From: an uncultured Clostridium sp.
Lineage (GTDB): Bacteria; Bacillota_I; Bacilli_A; RF39; UBA660
Direction: 5' to 3'
DNA: 63,390 bases
NCBI GenBank assembly: GCA_964545285.1
Contig: CAZJEW010000001.1
Span: 1 to 63,390 of the forward strand
A program made the translations under genes and the position numbers. Position 1 is the first letter of the stretch. Every line of letters begins with the position of its first letter. The notes under the pieces are model-generated. The model had not been told where the DNA came from, did no database searches, and saw only the letters and a list, made by a program, of their open reading frames with translations. This document shows positions 52,729 to 60,646 of this stretch, in pieces.

Positions 52729-54115
52729 TAAAATTAAATATATAGTATGGGCGTGTGAAATAGCATTTTCATGCTTAATTTTATTATTTCTTTTTTTTAT
52801 ACAGATAGTTCTTTTAAATAATTATTATGAAGTTTATAAAACAAGAATATTAAATAAAGTTGCTAATTCAATTAAACTTAGCGATGATGTTACAATCGGA
52901 TATCTTGAAGATTTAGCATATGATAATGGTATATGTATAACTGTATATTATGGAAATGAAACACAAATAGTCTCTAATATGTTTAACAGAGGATGTATTT
53001 TTGAACAAAATAATAGTCAGCAACAATATATAACATCTTTTATTGAAAGCGGAAAAGATGAAGATACATTGTTAATAAAAAACACAAGATTTAGTAATAA
53101 AACACTCATTAAAGCAATAAAAATAGATGATGATATGTTTGTCTTCCTTAATTCTTCAATTGAACCTTTGGATTCTTCTATTTTGCTTCTTAAAAGCCAA
53201 TACTTGTATATTATAATTATAATATTAATACTATCTATAATTGTGGGATATTTTATATCTAGTCAAATTTCAAAACCAATTACAAAAATAAGTGATTCTG
53301 CTAAAAAAATGGCAAATGGGGATTTTAATGTAACATTTAAAAGTGATAGTAGAATATATGAAATATCAGAATTATCCGAAACATTGGAAAAAGCAAAGAA
53401 TGAATTATCTAAAACAGATGAATTAAGAAGAGATTTGATGGCAAATGTTGGACATGATTTAAAAACACCCTTAACAATGATAAAAGCTTATGCTGAAATG
53501 ACCAGAGATTTAAAAAATCAATCTAATTCTAAAAAGGAAGATAATTTAAATATTATTATAGAAGAAACTGACAGATTAACCATTCTTGTAAATGATATAT
53601 TGGATTTATCTAGAATTCAAGCAAAAACCACTGAACTACAGTACGAGAAATTTGATTTAACCGAACTAATTAAGAAGATAATCAAAAGATATGATATACT
53701 GGTTGAGAATGAAAAATATGTTTTTGTATTCGATGATAGTAAAGAATATATAATTAATGCGGATAAAAAAAGAATAGAACAAGTTATTTATAATTTAGTT
53801 AATAATGCAGTTAATTATACAGGAGATGACAAAAAAGTAACTATAAGAATAACTAGTGAGAACAAATCCATTAAAGTAGAAATAATAGATACGGGAAAAG
53901 GTATTAAAGAAGATGAAATAAAATATATATGGGATAGATATTATCACAATCAAAAGAAACATAAAAGAAATGCATATGGAACCGGTTTAGGATTAACTAT
54001 TGTTAAAAATATATTAGATCAACACAATTATAAATATGGCGTTAATAGCAAAATAGGAAAAGGTACAACATTTTATTTTATAATTAATATTAATTTCAAT
54101 GAAAAGATGCTATAA
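52712..54115 (+). CDS. sensor histidine kinase (two TM, HAMP, HisKA, HATPase_c)
   Basis: H-box GHDLKTPL, N-box YNLVNNAVNYT, G-boxes DTGKGI and GTGLGL; TTG start overlapping the regulator stop. Confidence 0.9.
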   Translation: MKLKSSKIKYIVWACEIAFSCLILLFLFFIQIVLLNNYYEVYKTRILNKVANSIKLSDDVTIGYLEDLAYDNGICITVYYGNETQIVSNMFNRGCIFEQNNSQQQYITSFIESGKDEDTLLIKNTRFSNKTLIKAIKIDDDMFVFLNSSIEPLDSSILLLKSQYLYIIIIILILSIIVGYFISSQISKPITKISDSAKKMANGDFNVTFKSDSRIYEISELSETLEKAKNELSKTDELRRDLMANVGHDLKTPLTMIKAYAEMTRDLKNQSNSKKEDNLNIIIEETDRLTILVNDILDLSRIQAKTTELQYEKFDLTELIKKIIKRYDILVENEKYVFVFDDSKEYIINADKKRIEQVIYNLVNNAVNYTGDDKKVTIRITSENKSIKVEIIDTGKGIKEDEIKYIWDRYYHNQKKHKRNAYGTGLGLTIVKNILDQHNYKYGVNSKIGKGTTFYFIININFNEKML

Positions 54116-54136
54116 TAATTCATGAAGAGGAATTAT

Positions 54137-55651
54137 ATGAATAAATATAAATGTAAAAAATGTGGATATATAGTTGAATCAAATGAATTACAAAATGATT
54201 ATATATGCCCAATATGCGGAGGAACATCAGATGATTTCATACAAATAAATAATGATTTAATAAGCAATGATATAGAAGCAATCGTCAATTCTGTAGTAGA
54301 ATCTTCTGAAGAATTAAAAGATGAAAAGATAATAAACGATAATACTGAAAATAAAAAAGTTACTATTAGCGATTATAATCCAGCTATAATGAGAATAAAT
54401 GAAAAGTGTATAAATTGTGGTCAATGCAAGAAGACTTGTGAAAATATTCAAAATATATCTTATGATTTAAACGTTTGTAAAGAACCAATATGTGTTGGAT
54501 GTGGTCAATGTATATTGAATTGTCCTTCTGGAGCGCTTGTTCCGAAATATATTTATAGAGATGTAAAAGAAATTATTGATGCTAATGATAAGGTGGTTAT
54601 TGCATTAACATCACCAGCAGTAAGAGTATCAATGGGAGATTTCTTTAACCAAGAATATGGAACGAATGTTGAAGGAAAGTTAGTTTCGGCATTAAAAAAG
54701 GTTGGGTTTGATTATGTGTTTGATACTGCTTTTGGAGCAGATTTGACAATTTTAGAAGAAGTAACTGAATTAATGGATAGAATTGCAAATAAAAGAACGA
54801 TGCCTCAATTTACTAGTTGCTGTCCTGCTTGGGTGAAATATGCAGAAATATATCATCCTGAATTAATAGATAACATATCTACTTGTAAGAGTCCAATAGG
54901 AATGGAATGCTCTATCATAAAAACATATTTTGCTGAAAAAAAAGGATTAGATCCTTCAAAAATAATAACAGTTGCTATTACACCATGTACTGCAAAGAAA
55001 ATGGAAGCAAAAGAATATGTTGCTAATATTGATTATGTAATAACAGCTAACGAACTAACATTACTGTTAAAAGAAGAAGATATAGATATTTCATCTTTGA
55101 CTGATAGTGAATATGATAGCATTTTGAAAGAGAGCTCAGGAGCAGGAGTAATGTTTGGAAATACTGGTGGTGTTATGGAAGCATCAATGAGAACATTATA
55201 TAAAATGTTTACTGGTCAAAAACCCAAAGATGATTTTTTAGAGTTAAAAACTTTAAGGGGATTGGAGGGTATTAAATATGATAGTATCAAAATAAATGGT
55301 AAGACTATTAGAGTTGCAGTAGTAAATGGGATAGCAAATTTAAATGAATTATTAAAAGAAGATAAATATAAAAAATTCCATTATATAGAGGTGATGAATT
55401 GTAATGGAGGATGTATTGGAGGAGGAGGTCAACCACTTTGTCCAATTCAACGATTAGATGAAGTAAGAGAAAAAAGACTATCAAGTTTGTACAACATAGA
55501 AAAAACTAGAAATAGAAGATCTTCGTATGAAAATGAGGATATAAGAAAATTATATAAAGAGTATTTGAAAAATCCATATAGTGATAAATGTAAAGAATTA
55601 TTACACACATCATTTAGTAATAAAAGTGGATTGTTAAGTAAAAACATTTAA
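54137..55651 (+). CDS. [FeFe] hydrogenase catalytic subunit with N-terminal rubredoxin-like zinc ribbon and two ferredoxin-type 4Fe-4S motifs
   Basis: H-cluster motifs TSCCPAW, TPCTAKKMEA, MNCNGGCIGGGGQP; CINCGQCKKTC and CVGCGQCILNCP; N-terminal CKKCGY...CPICGG; start at the ATG preceded by AGAGGA. Confidence 0.9.
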   Translation: MNKYKCKKCGYIVESNELQNDYICPICGGTSDDFIQINNDLISNDIEAIVNSVVESSEELKDEKIINDNTENKKVTISDYNPAIMRINEKCINCGQCKKTCENIQNISYDLNVCKEPICVGCGQCILNCPSGALVPKYIYRDVKEIIDANDKVVIALTSPAVRVSMGDFFNQEYGTNVEGKLVSALKKVGFDYVFDTAFGADLTILEEVTELMDRIANKRTMPQFTSCCPAWVKYAEIYHPELIDNISTCKSPIGMECSIIKTYFAEKKGLDPSKIITVAITPCTAKKMEAKEYVANIDYVITANELTLLLKEEDIDISSLTDSEYDSILKESSGAGVMFGNTGGVMEASMRTLYKMFTGQKPKDDFLELKTLRGLEGIKYDSIKINGKTIRVAVVNGIANLNELLKEDKYKKFHYIEVMNCNGGCIGGGGQPLCPIQRLDEVREKRLSSLYNIEKTRNRRSSYENEDIRKLYKEYLKNPYSDKCKELLHTSFSNKSGLLSKNI

Positions 55652-55666
55652 TTAAAGGAGGAAAAA

Positions 55667-56209
55667 ATGAAATTAGATGGAACTAAAACTTTAGAAAATT
55701 TAAAAACTGCATTTGCAGGGGAAAGTCAAGCAAGAAACAAATATACATACTTTGCTTCTAAGGCTAAAAAGGATGGATATGAACAACTTGCTGCTATATT
55801 TGAGGAAACAGCAAACAATGAAAAAGAACATGCTAAAATATGGTTTAAATATCTTTGCAGTGGGGATGTACCATCAACTGAAGAAAATTTAAAAGCAGCT
55901 GCTGAAGGCGAAAACTATGAATGGACAGAAATGTATGCAGGTTTTGCAAAAACTGCAAAAGAAGAAGGACTTAACGAACTAGCATTTTTGTTTGAAAAAG
56001 TCGCTAGTATTGAAAAAGAGCATGAAGAAAGATACTTAGCATTATTAAAAAATGTCAAGGATGAAAGGGTGTTTAAGAAAGACGGAGATAAAATTTGGGT
56101 TTGTAGAAACTGCGGTTATGTTTATACAGGAAAAAATGCGTTAGAAATATGCCCAGTTTGCAAACACCCTAAAAGTTTTATGGAAGTTAAATGTGAAACA
56201 TATAAGTAA
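55667..56209 (+). CDS. rubrerythrin
   Basis: Diiron ExxH motifs ([16 protein letters not shown]) and a C-terminal rubredoxin domain (CRNCGY...CPVCKHP). Confidence 0.93.
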   Translation: MKLDGTKTLENLKTAFAGESQARNKYTYFASKAKKDGYEQLAAIFEETANNEKEHAKIWFKYLCSGDVPSTEENLKAAAEGENYEWTEMYAGFAKTAKEEGLNELAFLFEKVASIEKEHEERYLALLKNVKDERVFKKDGDKIWVCRNCGYVYTGKNALEICPVCKHPKSFMEVKCETYK

Positions 56210-56216
56210 TATTTTA

Positions 56217-56248
56217 AAGTAAATAATATAATTTATTTACTTTTTTTT
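56217..56248 (+). terminator. intrinsic terminator after rubrerythrin
   Basis: AAGTAAATAA (56217-56226) pairs with TTATTTACTT (56233-56242), then a T-run. Confidence 0.65.
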
Positions 56249-56288
56249 ACAAAAAATAAAAAAAATGTAAAAAAAATAAAAAAAAGTG

Positions 56289-56317
56289 TTGACAATATAA
56301 AAAAAATAGAGTAAAGT
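56289..56317 (+). promoter_or_regulatory. orphan consensus-like promoter preceded by phased A-tracts
   Basis: TTGACA (56289-56294), 17-nt spacer, TAAAGT (56312-56317) overlapping TATAAT (56317-56322). Upstream at 56250-56285 is A6-T-A8-TGT-A8-T-A8, which looks like an UP element. Confidence 0.5.
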
Positions 56318-56827
56318 ATAATTAGACCTAAGTAATAATAATATTTATGTCAAATATAATCTATATTAATTTAATTATTCTTATATTTTATATTATTGAA
56401 TATTTAATTTATTATTTATGTGAAAAAATTTCTATATTATTTATAATTATTTATTATAATTCGTATCTAATATTCTTAATTATATGTTTATAACTAATAT
56501 TAATTTATTATTTATTTATATATTTATCTTATTTATATTAAATATAAAATGTTATTTTAAAATAATTATATCACTTATTAATTTAAGTTATAGAATTCTT
56601 ATCTACTATGGTCGTATGATATGTCATTGAGAAAGAAAACTCAAAAGATAAGTAATTGTGCTAAATACTGATAATATTTAGATACTATTTTAATGAAACT
56701 AATACTTTTATTAAAATGATTCATAATTAGTTTTTCAAAACTCAAAATAATCGTATTTTATCAGAATCGATTATTTTTGTTTATATAAAAATAATATTAT
56801 GATATAATTTTTATTGTTGGAGATAAT

Positions 56828-57199
56828 ATGAAAAGATTTATGATTATTGGATCAGTAACAATAGTATTACTAATCATTATTCTGTTTTACGATCCATATA
56901 AAAATTATTTAGCTGTTTATATAGATAATATGACTATTGATCAAACAGTGGAAAGTGATAATTATTATTGGGATGTTAAATTAAGTAACGAACTTATTTC
57001 AATGAAAAATGATAGAGTTAATTCGTGGGAGTTTTATCCTAATAATAATGGGACAACATCTATTGTATTTAGTTATATTAATAAAGAAACTAATAAAATA
57101 GATAAAACTATCACTTACAAATTTAAAATAAAAAGTAATAAATTATTATGGTTAAGTGCAGAATGCTCTGTCTTGGAGGACTTTCCTAATCCATATTAA
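56828..57199 (+). CDS. hypothetical membrane-anchored or secreted protein, 123 aa
   Basis: RBS GGAG; N-terminal TM helix; TG-extended -10 (TGATATAAT, 56800-56808) upstream. Confidence 0.5.
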   Translation: MKRFMIIGSVTIVLLIIILFYDPYKNYLAVYIDNMTIDQTVESDNYYWDVKLSNELISMKNDRVNSWEFYPNNNGTTSIVFSYINKETNKIDKTITYKFKIKSNKLLWLSAECSVLEDFPNPY

Positions 57200-58067
57200 T
57201 ATTACTTTTTTTAAATTTATTTTCAATTATTATTAATATTAAGCCGATTATCATAGCTGCAGTTCCAGTTATTATAAAACACATTGATACAATTCCCCTT
57301 GAATATTTTATTAATATATCTACATATGACGGAAGACTTGGTATAAAAGACGTATAATCAAACATTGGAAGTAATCCGACAGCTATGCAAATAATGCTTG
57401 ATAACATAATAGTTAATCCAAACCATCTTAGCCATTTTGTTAATGACCATCTAAGAAGCGTTAGTAAAACAATTAAGAACAATAATATTCCTATTATATA
57501 ATAAATAATAATATTGCTAAAAATATATCTAATATATTCTAATGCTTCATTATCATCCATATTAATTAATGATTCGGCATCAGGCAAAGAATTTAATATT
57601 TCACTTGAACTATCTGTTATCAGTTTGGTAATGCTATCTTTTTCGTCCTCTGAATATTCAAGTTTTCCTTCGGCTATTATTTTATCAATATTATTATTGA
57701 TATAATTATTGAAATCTTCGCTGGATAAAACATTTTTCAAAGAACCGTTTATTATGTAATAAACTTCACCATAAATGTATTTTGAAGCTAAGTATTTAAT
57801 AGTATAAGAGTTTAATAATGAATCAACGGAACTTCTGCTTATATTATATGTTTCAGCTGCATTATATATTGAACTCATTATATCATCATCATTTATACTA
57901 GATATAATATTTTTAATTTCAATATTTTGTACAAGCTTATTAATAGTTTTAAAACTAAATATATTTCTTAAACTTATAATTAATAATAATATAATTAAGA
58001 TTACATATATAATAAAAGAGACAATTAAACATATAAATTTTCCCATATTATTTAGTACAACCTTCAT
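57186..58067 (-). CDS. hypothetical polytopic membrane protein
   Basis: One N-terminal TM helix, a roughly 170-aa soluble helical region, and about 4 C-terminal TM helices; start set at MKVVLNN (RBS GAGG). Confidence 0.5.
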   Translation of the reverse strand: MKVVLNNMGKFICLIVSFIIYVILIILLLIISLRNIFSFKTINKLVQNIEIKNIISSINDDDIMSSIYNAAETYNISRSSVDSLLNSYTIKYLASKYIYGEVYYIINGSLKNVLSSEDFNNYINNNIDKIIAEGKLEYSEDEKDSITKLITDSSSEILNSLPDAESLINMDDNEALEYIRYIFSNIIIYYIIGILLFLIVLLTLLRWSLTKWLRWFGLTIMLSSIICIAVGLLPMFDYTSFIPSLPSYVDILIKYSRGIVSMCFIITGTAAMIIGLILIIIENKFKKSNINMD

Positions 58068-58178
58068 AAGATACCTCAAATATAGTATATCACACAAAAA
58101 AAGCAAAGTATACATAGAATTTTAAATATATGTATATTTTTTTAATGAAATATGTTATTATTAATTTAGGAGTGTAAA

Positions 58179-59249
58179 ATGGAACCATTTGTAGCAAAAA
58201 AATTACCACATGATTATACATTATCAAAAGATATATTAAAACTATTATGTGAAGCCGAAGAAAATTATGGTGAGTATAAAGGATATTTGAAAACGTTGGA
58301 ATTTGATTATAAATATTTTTTAGAATGCATGTTGATTAATGATATTTATTATTCATTCAAAATTGATAATAATAGAATTAATAAAGAAGATATGTTTTTA
58401 ATGCCGTATAAGGTTAAGAATAACGATGTTATTCAATATAATAACATAAAAAAGTCAATGCTTTATGGTGTGTCTAATATATGTCAAAATGGATTAAACG
58501 TTGATTATTTACATAAAATTCATAAATCCTTATTTAAGGATTGTAAAAAGGATGCTAATATTAAAGGAAGTGGACATTTTAGAAAAAAGCAAACATATAT
58601 TTTAAAACCTGGTATAGCGGGATCAAGTGTTTCGTTTGTTCCCCCAGTCTATACTGAAATAAATGCATATGTAAAGAATCTATGTGAATATTTTGACAGC
58701 AATATGGATGAAAGTTTTATTTCATTAACACTAACACATTTTCAATTTGAGCGTATTCATCCATATAACACAGGAAACGGAAGATTAGGTAGATTATTAA
58801 TACCATTACAATATTCATTTTATAAAAAAGAACCTCCGGTACTTTTTGTTTCAGAAAGTTTAGAAAATTTAAAGAACACTTATTTTACTTTGTTAAGTTC
58901 AGTGGAAGATCCCGAAGCGTTTATTAAATTTTTCCTTCAATGCATTATTAATCAATGTGTATTAAACATAAAAAAAATTAAAAAATTAAATAAAATATAT
59001 CTTTATGATTATGAGTCATTTAAAAAAGATATTGGAGGTACCACTATATATAAGGTATATCCAATAATAATAAAAAGAATTACTTTTACTACAAATGATA
59101 TAGTAGAAGACACTAGTTTGCATATTAATTCGGTTAATAAAGTTTTAAATAAATTAGTTGATAAAGGATATTTAGTAAAAGAAAAGAAAGCTAATACCAA
59201 TAGAGTAACATTTACTTATAAAAAGATGAGTGACGTTTATACTAATTAG
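58179..59249 (+). CDS. Fic-family protein (AMPylase-type fold) with C-terminal winged-helix domain
   Basis: Fic motif HPYNTGNGRLGR at 58758-58793; SFKIDN at 58353-58370 occupies the position of the (S/T)xxxE(G/N) inhibitory motif; RBS AGGAG. Confidence 0.85.
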   Translation: MEPFVAKKLPHDYTLSKDILKLLCEAEENYGEYKGYLKTLEFDYKYFLECMLINDIYYSFKIDNNRINKEDMFLMPYKVKNNDVIQYNNIKKSMLYGVSNICQNGLNVDYLHKIHKSLFKDCKKDANIKGSGHFRKKQTYILKPGIAGSSVSFVPPVYTEINAYVKNLCEYFDSNMDESFISLTLTHFQFERIHPYNTGNGRLGRLLIPLQYSFYKKEPPVLFVSESLENLKNTYFTLLSSVEDPEAFIKFFLQCIINQCVLNIKKIKKLNKIYLYDYESFKKDIGGTTIYKVYPIIIKRITFTTNDIVEDTSLHINSVNKVLNKLVDKGYLVKEKKANTNRVTFTYKKMSDVYTN

Positions 59250-59640
59250 AATGAACAATATTCCATAGCGTATAATAATAATTAATATTATTATCATATT
59301 CATCAAATAAAATATAAGAATACTTATTCTTAAGCAATATAATAATATCATTTTCATTGTTAATACTAATAATATTAGGGTAATATTTATTTATTATCTT
59401 TTTATTATGATTGTATTTTTTATATAAAATATGTAAAAGAGTATCTTTTAAATTATTATCATGAAATAATTTAATATTCTTTTTATTTAACACACAATTT
59501 ATAATATATAATACTTTTTCATTATTTAAATTTGATTCATTGATTAAAAAGTTATAAACGTCAAATAAAGTGTTTTCATTTACTTTGCTATATATTTCTA
59601 ATTGATCAACACTAACATTATCTGAATAATTATTCATCAT
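59242..59640 (-). CDS. hypothetical protein, 132 aa, co-transcribed with an XRE regulator
   Basis: RBS GGAGGA; start overlaps the stop of the upstream XRE gene by 11 nt. Confidence 0.5.
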   Translation of the reverse strand: MMNNYSDNVSVDQLEIYSKVNENTLFDVYNFLINESNLNNEKVLYIINCVLNKKNIKLFHDNNLKDTLLHILYKKYNHNKKIINKYYPNIISINNENDIIILLKNKYSYILFDEYDNNINYYYTLWNIVHSN

Positions 59641-59866
59641 TATCCTCCACTAGTTTATTAATAGGTACATTTAATTCTCTACTTATTAGAAATAACGTTG
59701 TTATGCTTATGGATTCTACGTAATTGTTACTTTCTAATTTTGATATTAATGATACCGATTTACCAATTCTTTCAGCTAACTGTTCTTGTGTTATTTTATT
59801 TGTAGAAAGATTTCTGTATTTTTTAATATTTTTACCAATATTTAAATAGAATATTTTCTTATTCAT
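59630..59866 (-). CDS. XRE-family helix-turn-helix regulator (paralog 1)
   Basis: HTH_3 pattern ITQEQLAERIGKSVSLISKLESN; start at the ATG (MNKKIFY) preceded by GGAG. Confidence 0.8.
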   Translation of the reverse strand: MNKKIFYLNIGKNIKKYRNLSTNKITQEQLAERIGKSVSLISKLESNNYVESISITTLFLISRELNVPINKLVEDNDE

Positions 59867-59970
59867 ACCAACTATCTCCAAATAAATTATAATATATTAT
59901 CAAGATAAAGTATAGTGTAGCAATACATTAATTGTATTAAAAAGAATGTAAAATGTATATAGGTGATATA

Positions 59971-60234
59971 ATGACGAAATTCAAAAGAAATTTTAATTTT
60001 GATGAAAATATAATTGAAATAATATCTTATAATGTAAGAAAGTATAGAAAAATAGTTGGTATAACTCAAGAACAATTAGCTGTAGATATAGGTGTCACAC
60101 CTGAATTTATGCGTAAGTTTGAAACAACAAGAGGAAGTGAAGGATTATCTTTATATTCATTATATAAAATTTCGATTGTTTTAAATGTTTCAATAGAAAA
60201 ATTTTTTGAACCAATTAAAAAAAGTATTATCTAA
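59971..60234 (+). CDS. XRE-family helix-turn-helix regulator (paralog 2)
   Basis: ITQEQLAVDIGVTPEFMRKFET; start at MTKFKRN preceded by AGGTGA. Confidence 0.8.
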   Translation: MTKFKRNFNFDENIIEIISYNVRKYRKIVGITQEQLAVDIGVTPEFMRKFETTRGSEGLSLYSLYKISIVLNVSIEKFFEPIKKSII

Positions 60235-60478
60235 CAAAAAACTTATCTATAGGTATATCTAGTATTTTACTTATTTTGTATAAATTATATATACTGATTC
60301 CTTGATGAGTTTTTTTACTTTCTAGGTTTCCAATTAATGATGTAGATACTTCTATTTTTTCAGCAAGAGATTCTTGAGTCATGTCATTATTATTAAGAGA
60401 ATATAACTTTCTATAATATTTTACATTTTTACCAATAATATTAAATAATTCGATTTCGTCTACAATATTATTATTCAT
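60227..60478 (-). CDS. XRE-family helix-turn-helix regulator (paralog 3)
   Basis: MTQESLAEKIEVSTSLIGNLES; RBS AGGAG; its C terminus resembles paralog 2 (YNLYKISKILDIPIDKFF vs YSLYKISIVLNVSIEKFF). Confidence 0.8.
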   Translation of the reverse strand: MNNNIVDEIELFNIIGKNVKYYRKLYSLNNNDMTQESLAEKIEVSTSLIGNLESKKTHQGISIYNLYKISKILDIPIDKFFVR

Positions 60479-60585
60479 ATGAGTCTCCTAATAATATTTT
60501 GCCATTATTTATTTATTTTAACCATACACCACAAATGATAAAATATCATTATATGTGATTAAAACAAAATATATTTAAAAAAAAG

Positions 60586-60614
60586 TTGCATATTTTCTAA
60601 AAATATTGTATTAT
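60586..60614 (+). promoter_or_regulatory. candidate sigma-A promoter of typA
   Basis: TTGCAT, 17-nt spacer, TATTAT. Confidence 0.4.
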
Positions 60615-60646
60615 TATAAAGCATATTTAAAAAGGGGATGAATACT

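Noticed and set aside
56347-56493. 48-codon hydrophobic ORF (MSNIIYINLIILIFYIIEYLIYYLCEKISILFIIIYYNSYLIFLIICL) as a type I toxin candidate
   Set aside because: It has no Shine-Dalgarno sequence. In sequence this AT-rich, any open frame encodes I, L, F, Y and N. It is kept only as a possibility within the spacer finding and is not listed as a feature.
56249-60580. Prophage, IS or ICE annotation for the accessory islet
   Set aside because: No integrase, transposase, terminal inverted repeats, att-like direct repeats or structural phage genes are visible. Only regulatory and Fic genes are present, so a mobile-element call would be unsupported.
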